Assembly (NCBI RefSeq): GCF_018977255.1
Contig: NW_024704742.1
Coordinates: 33,172,001-33,236,000, forward strand
DNA: 64,000 nt
DNA from: Callorhinchus milii
Lineage: Eukaryota
Direction: 5' to 3'
Both the position numbers and the translations under genes were made by a program. The stretch's first letter is position 1; each line of letters starts with the position of its first letter. Under the pieces are notes generated by a model, which did not search any database, had not been told where the DNA came from, and saw only the letters and a list, made by a program, of their open reading frames with translations. This document shows positions 14,425-25,532 of the stretch, one piece after another.

Positions 14425-15432
14425 TACAACAACAAAATTACATTTGCGAAGCTCCTTTCACGTCGGGAGGACGTCCCAAGGGGCTGGTCAGACAGAGTTG
14501 CGGACCCAAGGGATCGGGGTCAGGGAGGGTGGAGGGCAGGGGTGAAGCAGAGAGATCGAAAGCACAGTTGAAGAGGAGGACCTTGAGATGGGTCTTGAAA
14601 GTGGCAAGGGAGAGGGCGGGGTGGAGGGTCTGTGGGATGGAGTTCCAGGGTGCGGGGGCGGAGTGGCAGAAGGCCTGCCCACCAATAGTGGGACGAGCGA
14701 GGTGGGTGACGTGAAGCAGGCCAGAGTCCGCTGAGCGGAGGGAGGGAGCAGGATGATAGGGGGTTCGAAGGTCACAGAGGAAGGGGGGAGCAAGACTGCG
14801 GAGGGCTTTGAAGGTGAGGACCAGGATCTTGAACTGTATCCTCTGTGTGATGGGAAACCAGTGGAGTCGGGCGAGGATGGGGGTAATAGGGTCATGGGGT
14901 TTGGTGCGGGAGAGGACACGGGCTGCAGAGTTCTGGATGATCTGCAGCCTGTGGAGGGAAGAGTTGGGGAGGCCAACAAGCAGTGAGTTTGCATAGTCGA
15001 GTCTTGATATAATGAAAGCGTGCATGAGGGTTTCAGTGGCCTATGATGTGAGACAGTGGCAGAGCCGGGAGACATTGTGGAGGTGGGGGAAGGCAGAGCG
15101 GGTCATGGTGCAGATGTGGGGTAGAAAGGATAGTTGAGGGTCAAACAAGACCCCAAGTTTCCGGACTGGCTTAGTAAGGTGGAGTGTGCAACCGTAGATG
15201 GTGATGCTGTCAGCGCCTGAGGTGTGGAGGCCCTGATGGGAGCCAATCAGGAGAGCTTTGGTCTTGTTGACATTCAGCTGTAGAAAGTTAGCTCTCATCC
15301 AGGATTTGATGTCTGACAGACATTCTGTCAGGACAGCAGTGGTCCTGGAGTCAAGAGTGGAGGCAGAGAGGTACAGTTGGGTGTCATCCACATACATGTG
15401 GAAGTTGACCCCATGTCTGCGAATGACGTCAC
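14425..15432 (-). mobile_element. 5'-truncated L2-clade LINE (RT C-terminus and 3' tail), frameshifted
   Basis: ORFs with FHMYVDDTQLY, LGVLFDPQLSF, SRLDYANSLL and LHWFPI..RIQFKIL. Tail gggacgtcctcccgacgtgaaagg...(ttg)n. Confidence 0.93.
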
Positions 15433-16629
15433 CAACTGCAAAGTTGGAGATTTGCATCATGGTTTTGCATAAGTGCCTTGATATCATGATGCAGTGGTGT
15501 AACAACAATGGTGCAAGTGGTGCCATGATACAACCCTTTGGTGGCGGAATGACTCGTGGTCTCTCACTCCCCATTTCGATATAGTTATTTCACATGTGAG
15601 TTATGTCAGAGAGAGAGAGAACACGAGGAGACAAAGGTAAGCAACATTTTAGGTTCTTGCAGGCCCTTCTGGGGTCTTGTTACGCCACTGATGATGCTGC
15701 TGCTCTTTCTGTAGGAACAGAAAAACCAAATGTTTGCATTGGGTCGGTAACGTAATACTCTTTGCATACTTGCCCCATCCAGCACGTACACACAAATTAA
15801 ATTGCAGTAGTCAAAATATGAATCCTGGTATTTATGTTCGGTCTGACTCGTACTTGTTTGAACTGACTTTCAAGTATATTTTATATATGAATCACCAGTG
15901 AATTTTAATTTAGACTTGCTGATCCCAATTTATTGAATTCAAGACACCACATTTCTTGTAATCTCTTTTTTAAAAACGATAGATTTAAACCATGGGTATT
16001 GAAACTTACAGCTGATTTGCAAAATGTAGCTATCTGGTAATCAATCCTGATTATGAGGATACGTTCAAAGTGGTTAGATTCAAAGGATGTTAAAAAATGA
16101 AATAGCTATTGTTAGAGGTACGAGAGACAAGTTCCTTTGTATAAAGTAAATTTAACAAGAAAAGCCTGGGTACTTGGCTTTAACCTGTTTACAGTTAGTT
16201 TTATGGTTTCATAAATGTAGAATCTGGTCCTGAGGATTTCAGGATAATAAATATTGCCCAATCTTTAGACCAGTTATCTTGCTAAATATGTGCAGTAAGA
16301 AAATTCTCGGGAGTGGTATACAGGAGTGGTATACAGGATGCTAATCATCTGAAGAGTCCACGTGTATTTAGCGGAAGTCTCACTAACTTGGTAGTTTCCT
16401 TTTATGAGTTAACTAAACCAGTAGGTAAGGGCTAGCCAATAGATATAATTTGCTTAGGTTTTCAGAAGCCATTAAAATAGAAAATGCAAGGCTAAAAGAA
16501 TCTTAAGGCTCAGCAAATGGCAAATTAGCTCAGAAATTAAAAGCCATCTTGGCGACTGGAGGAAAAGTATTAGAAAAATAAAGCTTGTCTGGGATAATGA
16601 CTTAGTTATACAGGGGCCACTTCTGGCTC

Positions 16630-16810
16630 TCATAGAATCATAGAATTGTACAGCACAGAAAGAGGCCATTCGGCCCATCGCGTCTGTGCCAGCTCCTAAA
16701 AGAGCAATCCAACTCAATCCCACTGACCCGCTTTCTCTCCATAGCACTGCAATCCTGTCCTCCCCAAATACCCATCTACTTCTCTCTTAAAAGTTGTTAG
16801 TGAATCTCCT
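16630..16810 (-). mobile_element. CR1-type LINE/SINE 3' tail
   Basis: catagaatcatagaat 8-mer tail and gaggccattcggcccatc stem. Similar tails at about 46470, 53525 and 54410. Confidence 0.65.
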
Positions 16811-19384
16811 TCTGTCTTTGCTATTTAAATTAATTTGAGTGAAGCACTTCACTTATCCTGGCCAACAATCCCCCAGATTAATTAGTCACATCACTCTTTG
16901 TGGGACCTTGCTGGTGAAGATGGCTGCTGTTTGTGCCTACGAAACAGTCACTATACTTAACAGTAACTGTGAAATACTTTGAGATGATCCAACTTGGAAA
17001 GGTGCTACACATAAAAAGTAGGTTCTTACTTTCTTACCTAAATACAGTTTTGAATGAATAAGTCTCAAACGCAACTGTAATACTTCCCAGCAGATGTATG
17101 AAATAAAACAGTGATAGCCAACATTTTTGTTTAGCTAATTTTTCTTGATTGAATATTTCTTGATTTATGACCACACCATGTAATACTACTCGATAGCTAC
17201 TGGAAACAAAATATTGATTTAACACAGACTTGCCTAGACTAGTGCAAATGTTTGGCAGGCCGTTTCTTGATGCCCCCACGAGACATGTTTGCCCTTGGGC
17301 CATTGGTTGGCCACCACTGGAATAGAGTCTTAACAAAGGCAGAAAATAGTTGCCACACTAACTGACCAATGTAACGTGCAACCTGGTTCGTTCTCTGTTC
17401 TCACACAGCAGATTTCTGGACAACATTGAAAAACTGGCCAGCACATGAAACCCCACAATGCATTCATTTGTTTTCTGTTCTGAGATAACTTACAGTCCCT
17501 AACCAGTTTTGACTTGCGAAAACACTTTTCTGTTGTTTTGCCGATACCAAGAGCAAGTAGTAACTGCTGATCTGACCATTTGTGGCCCAAATCTTGCTAA
17601 TCCAAATTGTGCCTGTGGATCTTTTCTTGATAAAAAAANTATAATTTTGGTTGTCAGCTTGCATTATGCAATGCAAACAAGAGTGGTTGAGAAATACAAA
17701 GTAGCATGGCAAATAACTTCTAGCATGCCTCAGTGACCTGCAGCAGAGTCCATAACTTTATCGAATAATTCATGTGAGGACTAACGGATTTGGATGTTTT
17801 TCATCGTTATTTTACAGCTTTTCTTGGATTTTCTTGCCGTCCCTCTCTTCCTGTCTCTTCAAGATGTAGGCTTATTTATTGTTGAAAGACATTTAGCTGG
17901 GAGATCCTTCCGGTTACACCGAGGTTACCTGTATGAATAAGGCAAAATAGGTTAATTTACCATTCTTAATAGTTTTTTACTTAAAATGTCTGGAGGAAAG
18001 ACAAATGATTTGCATGTTGCCTCATTACAGTTATATTGGGGTCTGCTATGCAGTGTGTCTTAATGGGATTCCTTAATAAAGAATCTTGTTGGAATTCTCG
18101 GCCACCCGCTGACACTTCACTTCGGAAATGTGGGTCGGGCCTATAACGTTTCTCCCAAGTAAGGGAAGGGTTCTTGTCAATGATCCTCTTGGTATAAGGA
18201 ATTAACCCACATACCAAGTAAAAATTAGAATCTTTATTTTACCTCAGCCAAAACAAGCATTAGGGGCTCTTGTTTCTGGATACACTCCTATTGAGTATGT
18301 GCAAAACAGTCTCAACCACCACAAGAGGATATTCCCCAGATCTACCAATCTCCCTATAAATTCAGGGGTCACTTCACATTGGATCAAAGTCCCTGTGAGT
18401 TACAGTAACATATTTCTTTCTAGTTGCCAAACAGAATCCCCTTTTGTGCAGCTCAGATTCTATTTTTAAGGATTCCTGCTAAGAAGCATCACATTTTGGA
18501 TCCTACTATTACCTCTGACTTTTTGCAACTCAATTAGCTTAAAATAAGCAGTTTCTTTTAAAGTTTGTGCTAAATGTTATTCGCTAAGAAGGTATTGATA
18601 TTGCAATATGAATTACTAATTAATAATTTCGACATGTATTTTGGGAGAGTCTAGCAATATATCCTACAGCACATGTAAACAAGTAGTTTATAATATGAAG
18701 TAAAATAATACAGAGTGAAATGTGCATTTCAGGCAAATAGTCTTTCAGGAAAAATGGACCGCATTTTAACTAGGTAATAGAATGTTTGTTTCCCAAAACA
18801 GGCTGTATTTAAATATATTATAGTTAAATATTGATAATGTTTTGAGTTGTAAGATGTTGCTACCTTGCTGAATTCCTGTTTTTGGATCTATTTATCAGTG
18901 TTAGCATCTGACTGCAAGAAATTTATTTTCTCCTGGGTAGATGTAGCATTACAAAGAGGTTTTTTAAACTAAATCAGTAAGCAGCCACACACAGGGTTTT
19001 ACACAACTAACTTTACTTATTAGAAATTCAGCTAGCAATTCAACCAAGCACAATCTTTATTGATTCCCCTTGTTTTGTAATTGTTCTGCATGTCATTGTT
19101 CGAGAGCACTGTGTGAAATGATAAATTAGGAGTGGTAGCCATTGTGCCAATTTGGTTCAAGTGCATGGGACGTGAAAACCATTTGTTTTAGATAATGTTA
19201 AAGTCACTGAAATGATCATAAACATGTTTCATTTTGTTCCTCCCTTTTTCCCTTCTCCACTTTGTTTGGAATTTGTTCCCTGTAAGGTAAGACCCTAAAC
19301 ATCTAATTGGGCATTTTTGCAACTCAAAGCAATCACTGCCTGATTGACCAATAATCCCTGCTTGCTTTATGAATTTAAGACTGC

Positions 19385-20326
19385 CAGACTTGGGTCCAAA
19401 TGCAAATACATCTGAATTTGCATTTGCATTTAAATGTGCTTGAGACAGATGTCATTTAGTCACAACACAGAGACAACAGACACTTGTATATACGTCATAA
19501 TGCTTATGTACTGCCTATCACGTTCCAAAGTCTCATAGGCCGTATTCATTCCAAAACGTGACATGTAGATAATTATTTGTATATGATATATATGAAGTAT
19601 TAAAAAGAGATGTTTTAAAAACCAAAGTAGTCAGCTGCCACTTTCACACAGCTAACTTTACTGATTAGAAATTCAGCTTGGGTTCAAATATGAACGAGTG
19701 CATTTAAATGCAAATTCAAATGATGTGTTGTCTCCAAATGCAAATGTACATGATGCCGATGTGGCATTTCCTCTTTGGGCAGAAAAAAATGCAAATGTGG
19801 TAACTTTGGTCTCGAGCACATTTAGATGCAAATGCATTTGCAGTCTATTTACACATAGAAGTTGTTCGCCTCGCAGTTTAACTCAAACTGTAATGTGACA
19901 TGTCTCGGAAACGCTCAGCTGTATTTGAGAACTTTGATGTACCAGAGAACGCCACTGGTATGAAATTTAAGGCAGTTTGCAAACACTGCCATTTGCAGAT
20001 GTGCGGTACAAAAAGCGGGACATCAAATTTGGTGAACCATCTGAAGCGAAAACATCCATCAATATCACTGCGTGCTTCATCGAGTGCTGAGTCAAGTTCA
20101 GATACAGAGGAGAAAAAGATGAGTAACTTCATGGTCACCGCACACAAGAATATCCGTATGAAACTTTTTACTTAATGCAATGAGTTTTGTATATGAACTT
20201 GTGATCGTTTTGACATGTTTTGACCCGTGTATTGCATTCAGACATATATATGTGGTACGTACCGTTTAAAAGATAGTTATTTCGAGAATAAATGCTCTTC
20301 AAGTGTTGCATTTGAACCCATGTCTG
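19385..20326 (+). mobile_element. Non-autonomous hAT DNA transposon with BED-finger ORF
   Basis: TIRs cagacttgggtccaaatgcaa / ttgcatttgaacccatgtctg. 8-bp TSD aagactgc / aagcctgc (7/8 match). Repeated caaatgca subterminal motifs. Confidence 0.9.
19900..20175 (+). pseudogene. BED zinc-finger ORF (N-terminus of a hAT transposase), 91 aa
   Basis: S.VF..F ... AVCKHC ... GTSNLVNHLKRKH is the BED pattern Cx2C..Hx4H. ATG start, no catalytic DDE domain. Confidence 0.85.
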
Positions 20327-20511
20327 AAGCCTGCCTTCTACAAATTTGCCTGAGGTTTATTCTGCCTAACCAAGATTGCTTTCAGCAAAATAAAATTTTG
20401 CCTGCAGCATTTTCTTTCCTGTTGCTGTGAGTTAAGCACTGGCTTTGCCAAAAGCTCACTTTGTTGTGGGAAATGATAGGTCTAATTTAGATTTTTGTTA
20501 TCCATTTACAG

Positions 20512-20552
20512 CAGCAAAGAGCTTGCTCAACAAGAAGACCGATGGCGTTAAG
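20512..20552 (+). CDS. CAMK2D: Linker exon (A)AKSLLNKKTDGVK
   Basis: cag(cag) NAGNAG acceptor, gtaggt donor, 41 nt, restores phase 0. Confidence 0.94.
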
Positions 20553-20984
20553 GTAGGTTGGAATTTAATGAAACCACATGCAGTGATGTAACCCTTCCTT
20601 CTAATACTTTGGTTTTGTTTGGCCACAGTATTTTGTTCTTAGTCTTGTTTTATCACTAATGAGGAGGACGTGCAGGTTCACATACTCTCACATAAGGTTG
20701 GTGTCCGAAACAATGTGCTTTTGCAAAGTAAATTCTTGCATCTTGATGTAGTTTTCAGATAGCTCGGATTCCTTAAGGAAAGGTACAGAATAAGATTGTT
20801 CACACTAGTTGGTTTAAGGGATGAGTTATATAAGCCTCTTACCTGGAAGTTCCATTGAATTATGTATGTAACGGTCAATACTGTATCATTATTCGCCTTG
20901 TTGTCTCATCCATCTAGATTTCCTGTCGGTCTAAAATTAATATTCAGTTATAAACATTTCTACTGTGATAATCAAAGGTGCCGT

Positions 20985-21577
20985 ACAATACAATTTACAT
21001 TTATACAGAACGTTTCATGTCAGGAGGACAACTCAAGCGCTTAACACTGCTGGCTGGGCATTCGAGCTGGGGGTGGGAGCTAAAGGGGATAGGGAGGGAA
21101 GAGGTGACTGAAAGCGCGGTCAAAGAGGTAGGACATCATACGGACTTTTATCAAGGGAAGGAAGCGAGCGAATTTGGGGAGGAGGGAGGGAGGGAGGGAG
21201 AGAGAGCAGACAACTACAACTCCTCAGAACTGTGGAGCCCTGTAGCTTTGTGGTTTGATTCCCGGCAGGGAGAAATGTTGGGCATGTTTCCTTACTCCAT
21301 ACACCTCTGTTTATCTAGCAGTAAGTAGGAACCAAGTATTAGTCAATTGGCAGATCGCTTTTCCATGGGTAATAATCCCTTCAAAATTAAAAAATATAAT
21401 AATTTGGTCACTTAATCCATGACTGTTTGTGGGACACGGCTGTGTGCAATTGCCTACCGCGTTTCACCCACAAAACATACAATCACTAATTTTACAGTAT
21501 ATTCTGTGACGTGCTTTGAGACATCTAAAAGATGTAATAAGGCGCTATATCAAATGCAAGGATATTATTATTATTAC
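20985..21577. mobile_element. L2 tail (- strand, about 20985-21190) next to a degenerate tRNA/Deu SINE (+ strand, about 21230-21577)
   Basis: Matches to the L2 tail and to ctgtttgtgggac..gctgtgtgcaatt...aggcgctatatcaaatgcaagg(att)n. Confidence 0.75.
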
Positions 21578-23194
21578 TAGTCACACATTTGTCCCAATTC
21601 ACATTTGGGTTACGTGAGTTTTTTTCAGAGATAACCAGGAAGAAGAAAATATTTTGTAGTTGGAACCTCACCTGGTCTTAAAATAAAGGACTGTACTCTT
21701 GCTCTTTGACTACAAATCCAGCTTTTTTCACAACACTTTGAGAAGTTGATGTAAGATATTGGAAGATGAGAAAGCAACTGATTTCATGAATAAATCATTT
21801 CCTTCTTGAAGGTCCATGTTGGCATAAGCAATGCCTAGGACTTTGGATAATTAATTGCCCTAGATCATATTCCCCTGCCAGCTTTATTTGTTGGATTGGG
21901 TTTGTCACAAGCTTTACCCCAGACATCAGTGCAATCTAATTCTTTATTCACGAGAAAATATAAATTCTATCTCTCACTCACTCACTCACTCACTCACGGA
22001 TGCACTCACCCACACACACACACATGCACACACTCCCTTTGATCAATACTATCCATTTTGAGACTGCTGTATCACCTAGCGAGCAGTCTCCGCTGTGCCT
22101 GTCACAGACGTGTGGATTTGGACTCCTCAGAACAGACTGGAGAGGAAAAGGTACCTGAATTAGAGGTCAATATCGGTCCAGCCAACATTTGTTTTTCTGT
22201 GGTTCAAGGCTAAGGTCTAAACTGTCAATATCTATAGCTTAGTTGACAATCCTGCCGGTGACCCTGCATTTGATGGAACAGCAGCTCATTATGTTTCCAA
22301 ATCCATGAGTATATGTGTAATTTCTACTTTCCTCATCCTTTCCAACATAATTGACCTTTTGCTGTTTTATGAGAGATATTGCATTTGATATAGCACCTTA
22401 CCACACAGTCAAAACGTCTTAATGTACATCATAAACAGCAAAGTGTAATGGCTGAAAGAGAGTAACATAAATAAATCACTGACCCTCGTCTAAATCTTCA
22501 CTTCTGCCTTGGTATAAGGAAGATAACTATAGTTGTACATACCTGTCTATCAATATGGATACATATATCAACCTTTACATCTGCATTTGCTAGATGTGTA
22601 TAATTTGTTTTTGTACACATCATGGCTGGACTGCAACTTAATACCATTTTCCTACCCTTTTGCCATATTCCTTGAGTCCCCCTGCCTACCAAATATTCAA
22701 CTTTTTTTGTCTCAAATATTGCAGTTGACCCAGTATTTACAGCCTTTGCAGTATGGAATTACTTCCCTATTAAATGTATTCCCAATTTAATTCCGATTGG
22801 CAGAATTATGACTGTGCATCCTTTTTTGCACCAATATAATTGATTCAGAAACTAATAACTGCACGATCTGTGACCGACTGCCTTTACTGAAAAGAATATT
22901 ACATTAATTTCCACTTGAACTACTCAAGCTTTTCTTTCCCATTTCCAACTGAGGATGATTTGATTTTATCATGTCCTTGACTTGTGTTATCTTTATTTAC
23001 AGCGGGCAATCAATGAAGTCTGTTGTGCTACTAAAGTCTTAAGAGAACTCGTTACGTTTGTTACACTAACAACGTCTTTTAATGATTGCTTAAGCTGTGG
23101 ATTTTATTCTCTGTATATATCTGATCTGGTAACGTTTTTGACATTGGTAGGTGCTTTTTTAAACTACATTATAATGTCCATTTGCACATCATCC

Positions 23195-23572
23195 TAGTCC
23201 TCACAATGTTCTCCTGGCTCCCAACAGATCTATTTCATGGTCTTTACTCTCACCTATAAATCCATTCATGTCCTATCACCTCCCTATCTGTTATTATTAT
23301 TGTTATTATCTTCCACTACCCCACTTGCTCACTCACTCTGCTTAGCTAACTCAGGCCTGTTGAGCCTCCCCCAACCCCTCTGCCCCACCAGCCGAGACTG
23401 AGCCTTCAGCAACTACATGCCCAATCTCTGGAGCTCCCTTCTGTCTCACCGTGCGCATGGTCAACTCTCCCTTCACCGTATTTCCTGCCTCAGTGTCTGA
23501 CACTTACCCTGTGAAATGCTCCAAGACTTTATTCTACCTGGATGGCATTCTATAAATGCAAGTCGTAGTTGA
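23195..23572 (+). mobile_element. Old L2 3' fragment
   Basis: Degenerate match to the ctggctccc...ttcaaagccctccatgg...tataaatgcaagt L2 pattern. Confidence 0.6.
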
Positions 23573-25215
23573 TCGTACACAATGAGAATATAATGTCAGT
23601 TTAAAATATGTCTTGGAATATGATTCAGAATTCCTATCAGAACTTCATTCAACCTTGTCTCACGAGTAAGCATAATCGGTGGCAAAGTAGTTTGACACTT
23701 TAGGTGCCCAGCCATCTGCCTGACGCACTTTGATTCATCCTCTTTAATGTGAAAGTCTTGATATAAATGTAAATAGTTTTTATTATTTGTATCCTTGTTT
23801 AAGCACATTATGAAGTATTGTTACACAAGCTGCCTTATACTTCAATGAAGCAAAACTAGGGATCACATATATAGTGCAGTTGTGTTTGATTTCTCAAGAG
23901 ATGGGTACCATGGCACAAACCTCTGCATTGCAGCTGCTGTACTAAGATCTTCATAAAACTTTCATGTTAGGCGAAATTCACATTATAGAGCTAATGTTTA
24001 ACCACTCCTGACTTTAACTTTCACGGAGATCTTGAAAAGCTGGTGGCCTGAACCATGACGGTTATTAGTGTTGTGTTATCTCCAGTCTAGTATGAGTATC
24101 TGATCGAACATCCCAGAGTCCATTATACATTAATTGTACTCATATTAAGAGAATACTTAGTGAGTCCATCTCTTTGTGAGTGCTTGGATCTTCTCTGCCT
24201 AACAAGAATTTGGGGTGCCCAGTGTGAACAAGTGATGAAGTGTGTTCAGCGTGTTCTGATTAGCGTGTTCAGAGAAACTGGAGTCAGGACTTTGAGGTTA
24301 AACTGGCAGTGAAAAGAAAAGGAGGCAGTGAGAAGTGGCAGTGAAAAATGCCATTCTTCACATTTAGAAGCAGCAATGGGGATGATGGCTGGCAGGAACA
24401 AAGGTGCCAGCAGGTGTGGTAGGCAAAAGAGTATTCCCACCTGAGCTCGATTGATAATTATAATCTGAAATTCTCATGTTTTTAACAAATTTGATGTGAT
24501 AATTATCATATTGAATCAGTTACAAAATTGCATTATTCACCTGGTATTTCTTTTTTTTTTAAAAGTCTCTTAATCTAGGTAAATATAGATTTCACACTGA
24601 TGTTACATAAAAATACATCTTTCTGACTAGCTTAAAACAATTTGCTTCTTGTGTGTACTTCCTACGTCTGCAAGAAAGCACTGTCTAAATGACAATGTAG
24701 GGGGCTGGTGGATAGGATAATTAAAAATAGTGGTTCTTTTCACTATATGTTCAAAATGATGAATCACATTGTGAAAGGGTAATGTCATTGCTTTGTGATG
24801 CTGCTTGGGTGGTACAACTGGAGAAATCATTTACCAGAAGCAAACTCTCCAAATTAGTCAAGTGGTTGCCAAGAGTGAAGATTTGGAAAAATTCTACATA
24901 ATTATAGTTTAAATCCTGGTTCTGGAAAGGGTGGTGCTGTGTGTTAAAATCTTGCAAGGAAAAGAATTCTGTATCATTGCACATTCTGGGAATTTAAGAG
25001 GAAAACATTATTTATGAAGTAATGTTAATTTTTTTTGTGTGGCTACTTTGGGTTGAACTGCTGTTACAGCAATTCCATTTTCTGGCATAGTTGTACAGAC
25101 CTGTGTTAAACACCAACGAATCCTGTGCTGCTGCTAACAATCTTGAGGTTGGACTGTGAGTTTCTACATCTCCAACATTGAACAACAACAGTAAATTGCA
25201 TTTGTATAGCATCTT

Positions 25216-25532
25216 GGAGTCCTGTAGCTCAGTGGTTAGAGCACTCGCTTTGCAAGCGAGAGACCTGAGTTCAATTCCAGGCAGAGGGCGAAACCTTGGG
25301 CAAGTTTCCTTACTCCACACAGAGCCTAATAATAATCCCTCCAAAACCAAAATCAATAATAAAAATTGGTCATTTTCAATCTACGACTGTTTGTGGGACA
25401 TTGCTGTGCGCAATTGGCTGCCGCGTTCGCCCACAAATATACAGTCAATTCACTTTACAGTGTGTTCTGTGAAGCGCTTTGGGATGTCCTCCCGACGTGA
25501 AAAGCGCTATATCAAATGCAAGGATTATTATT
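25216..25532 (+). mobile_element. tRNA(Ala-like)-derived SINE with Deu-like core and L2 tail, inserted into a - strand L2 tail
   Basis: A box tagctcagtgg, B box gttcaattcc, anticodon arm ctcgc-tttgcaa-gcgag, (att)n end, flanking atctt duplication. Confidence 0.9.

Noticed and set aside
14438..15574. Active reverse transcriptase
   Set aside because: 5'-truncated, frameshifted, no endonuclease domain.
25218..25290. tRNA-Ala-like gene
   Set aside because: It is the head of a multi-copy SINE. The anticodon differs between copies (TGC versus GGC at 39.7 kb) and the acceptor stem is poor.
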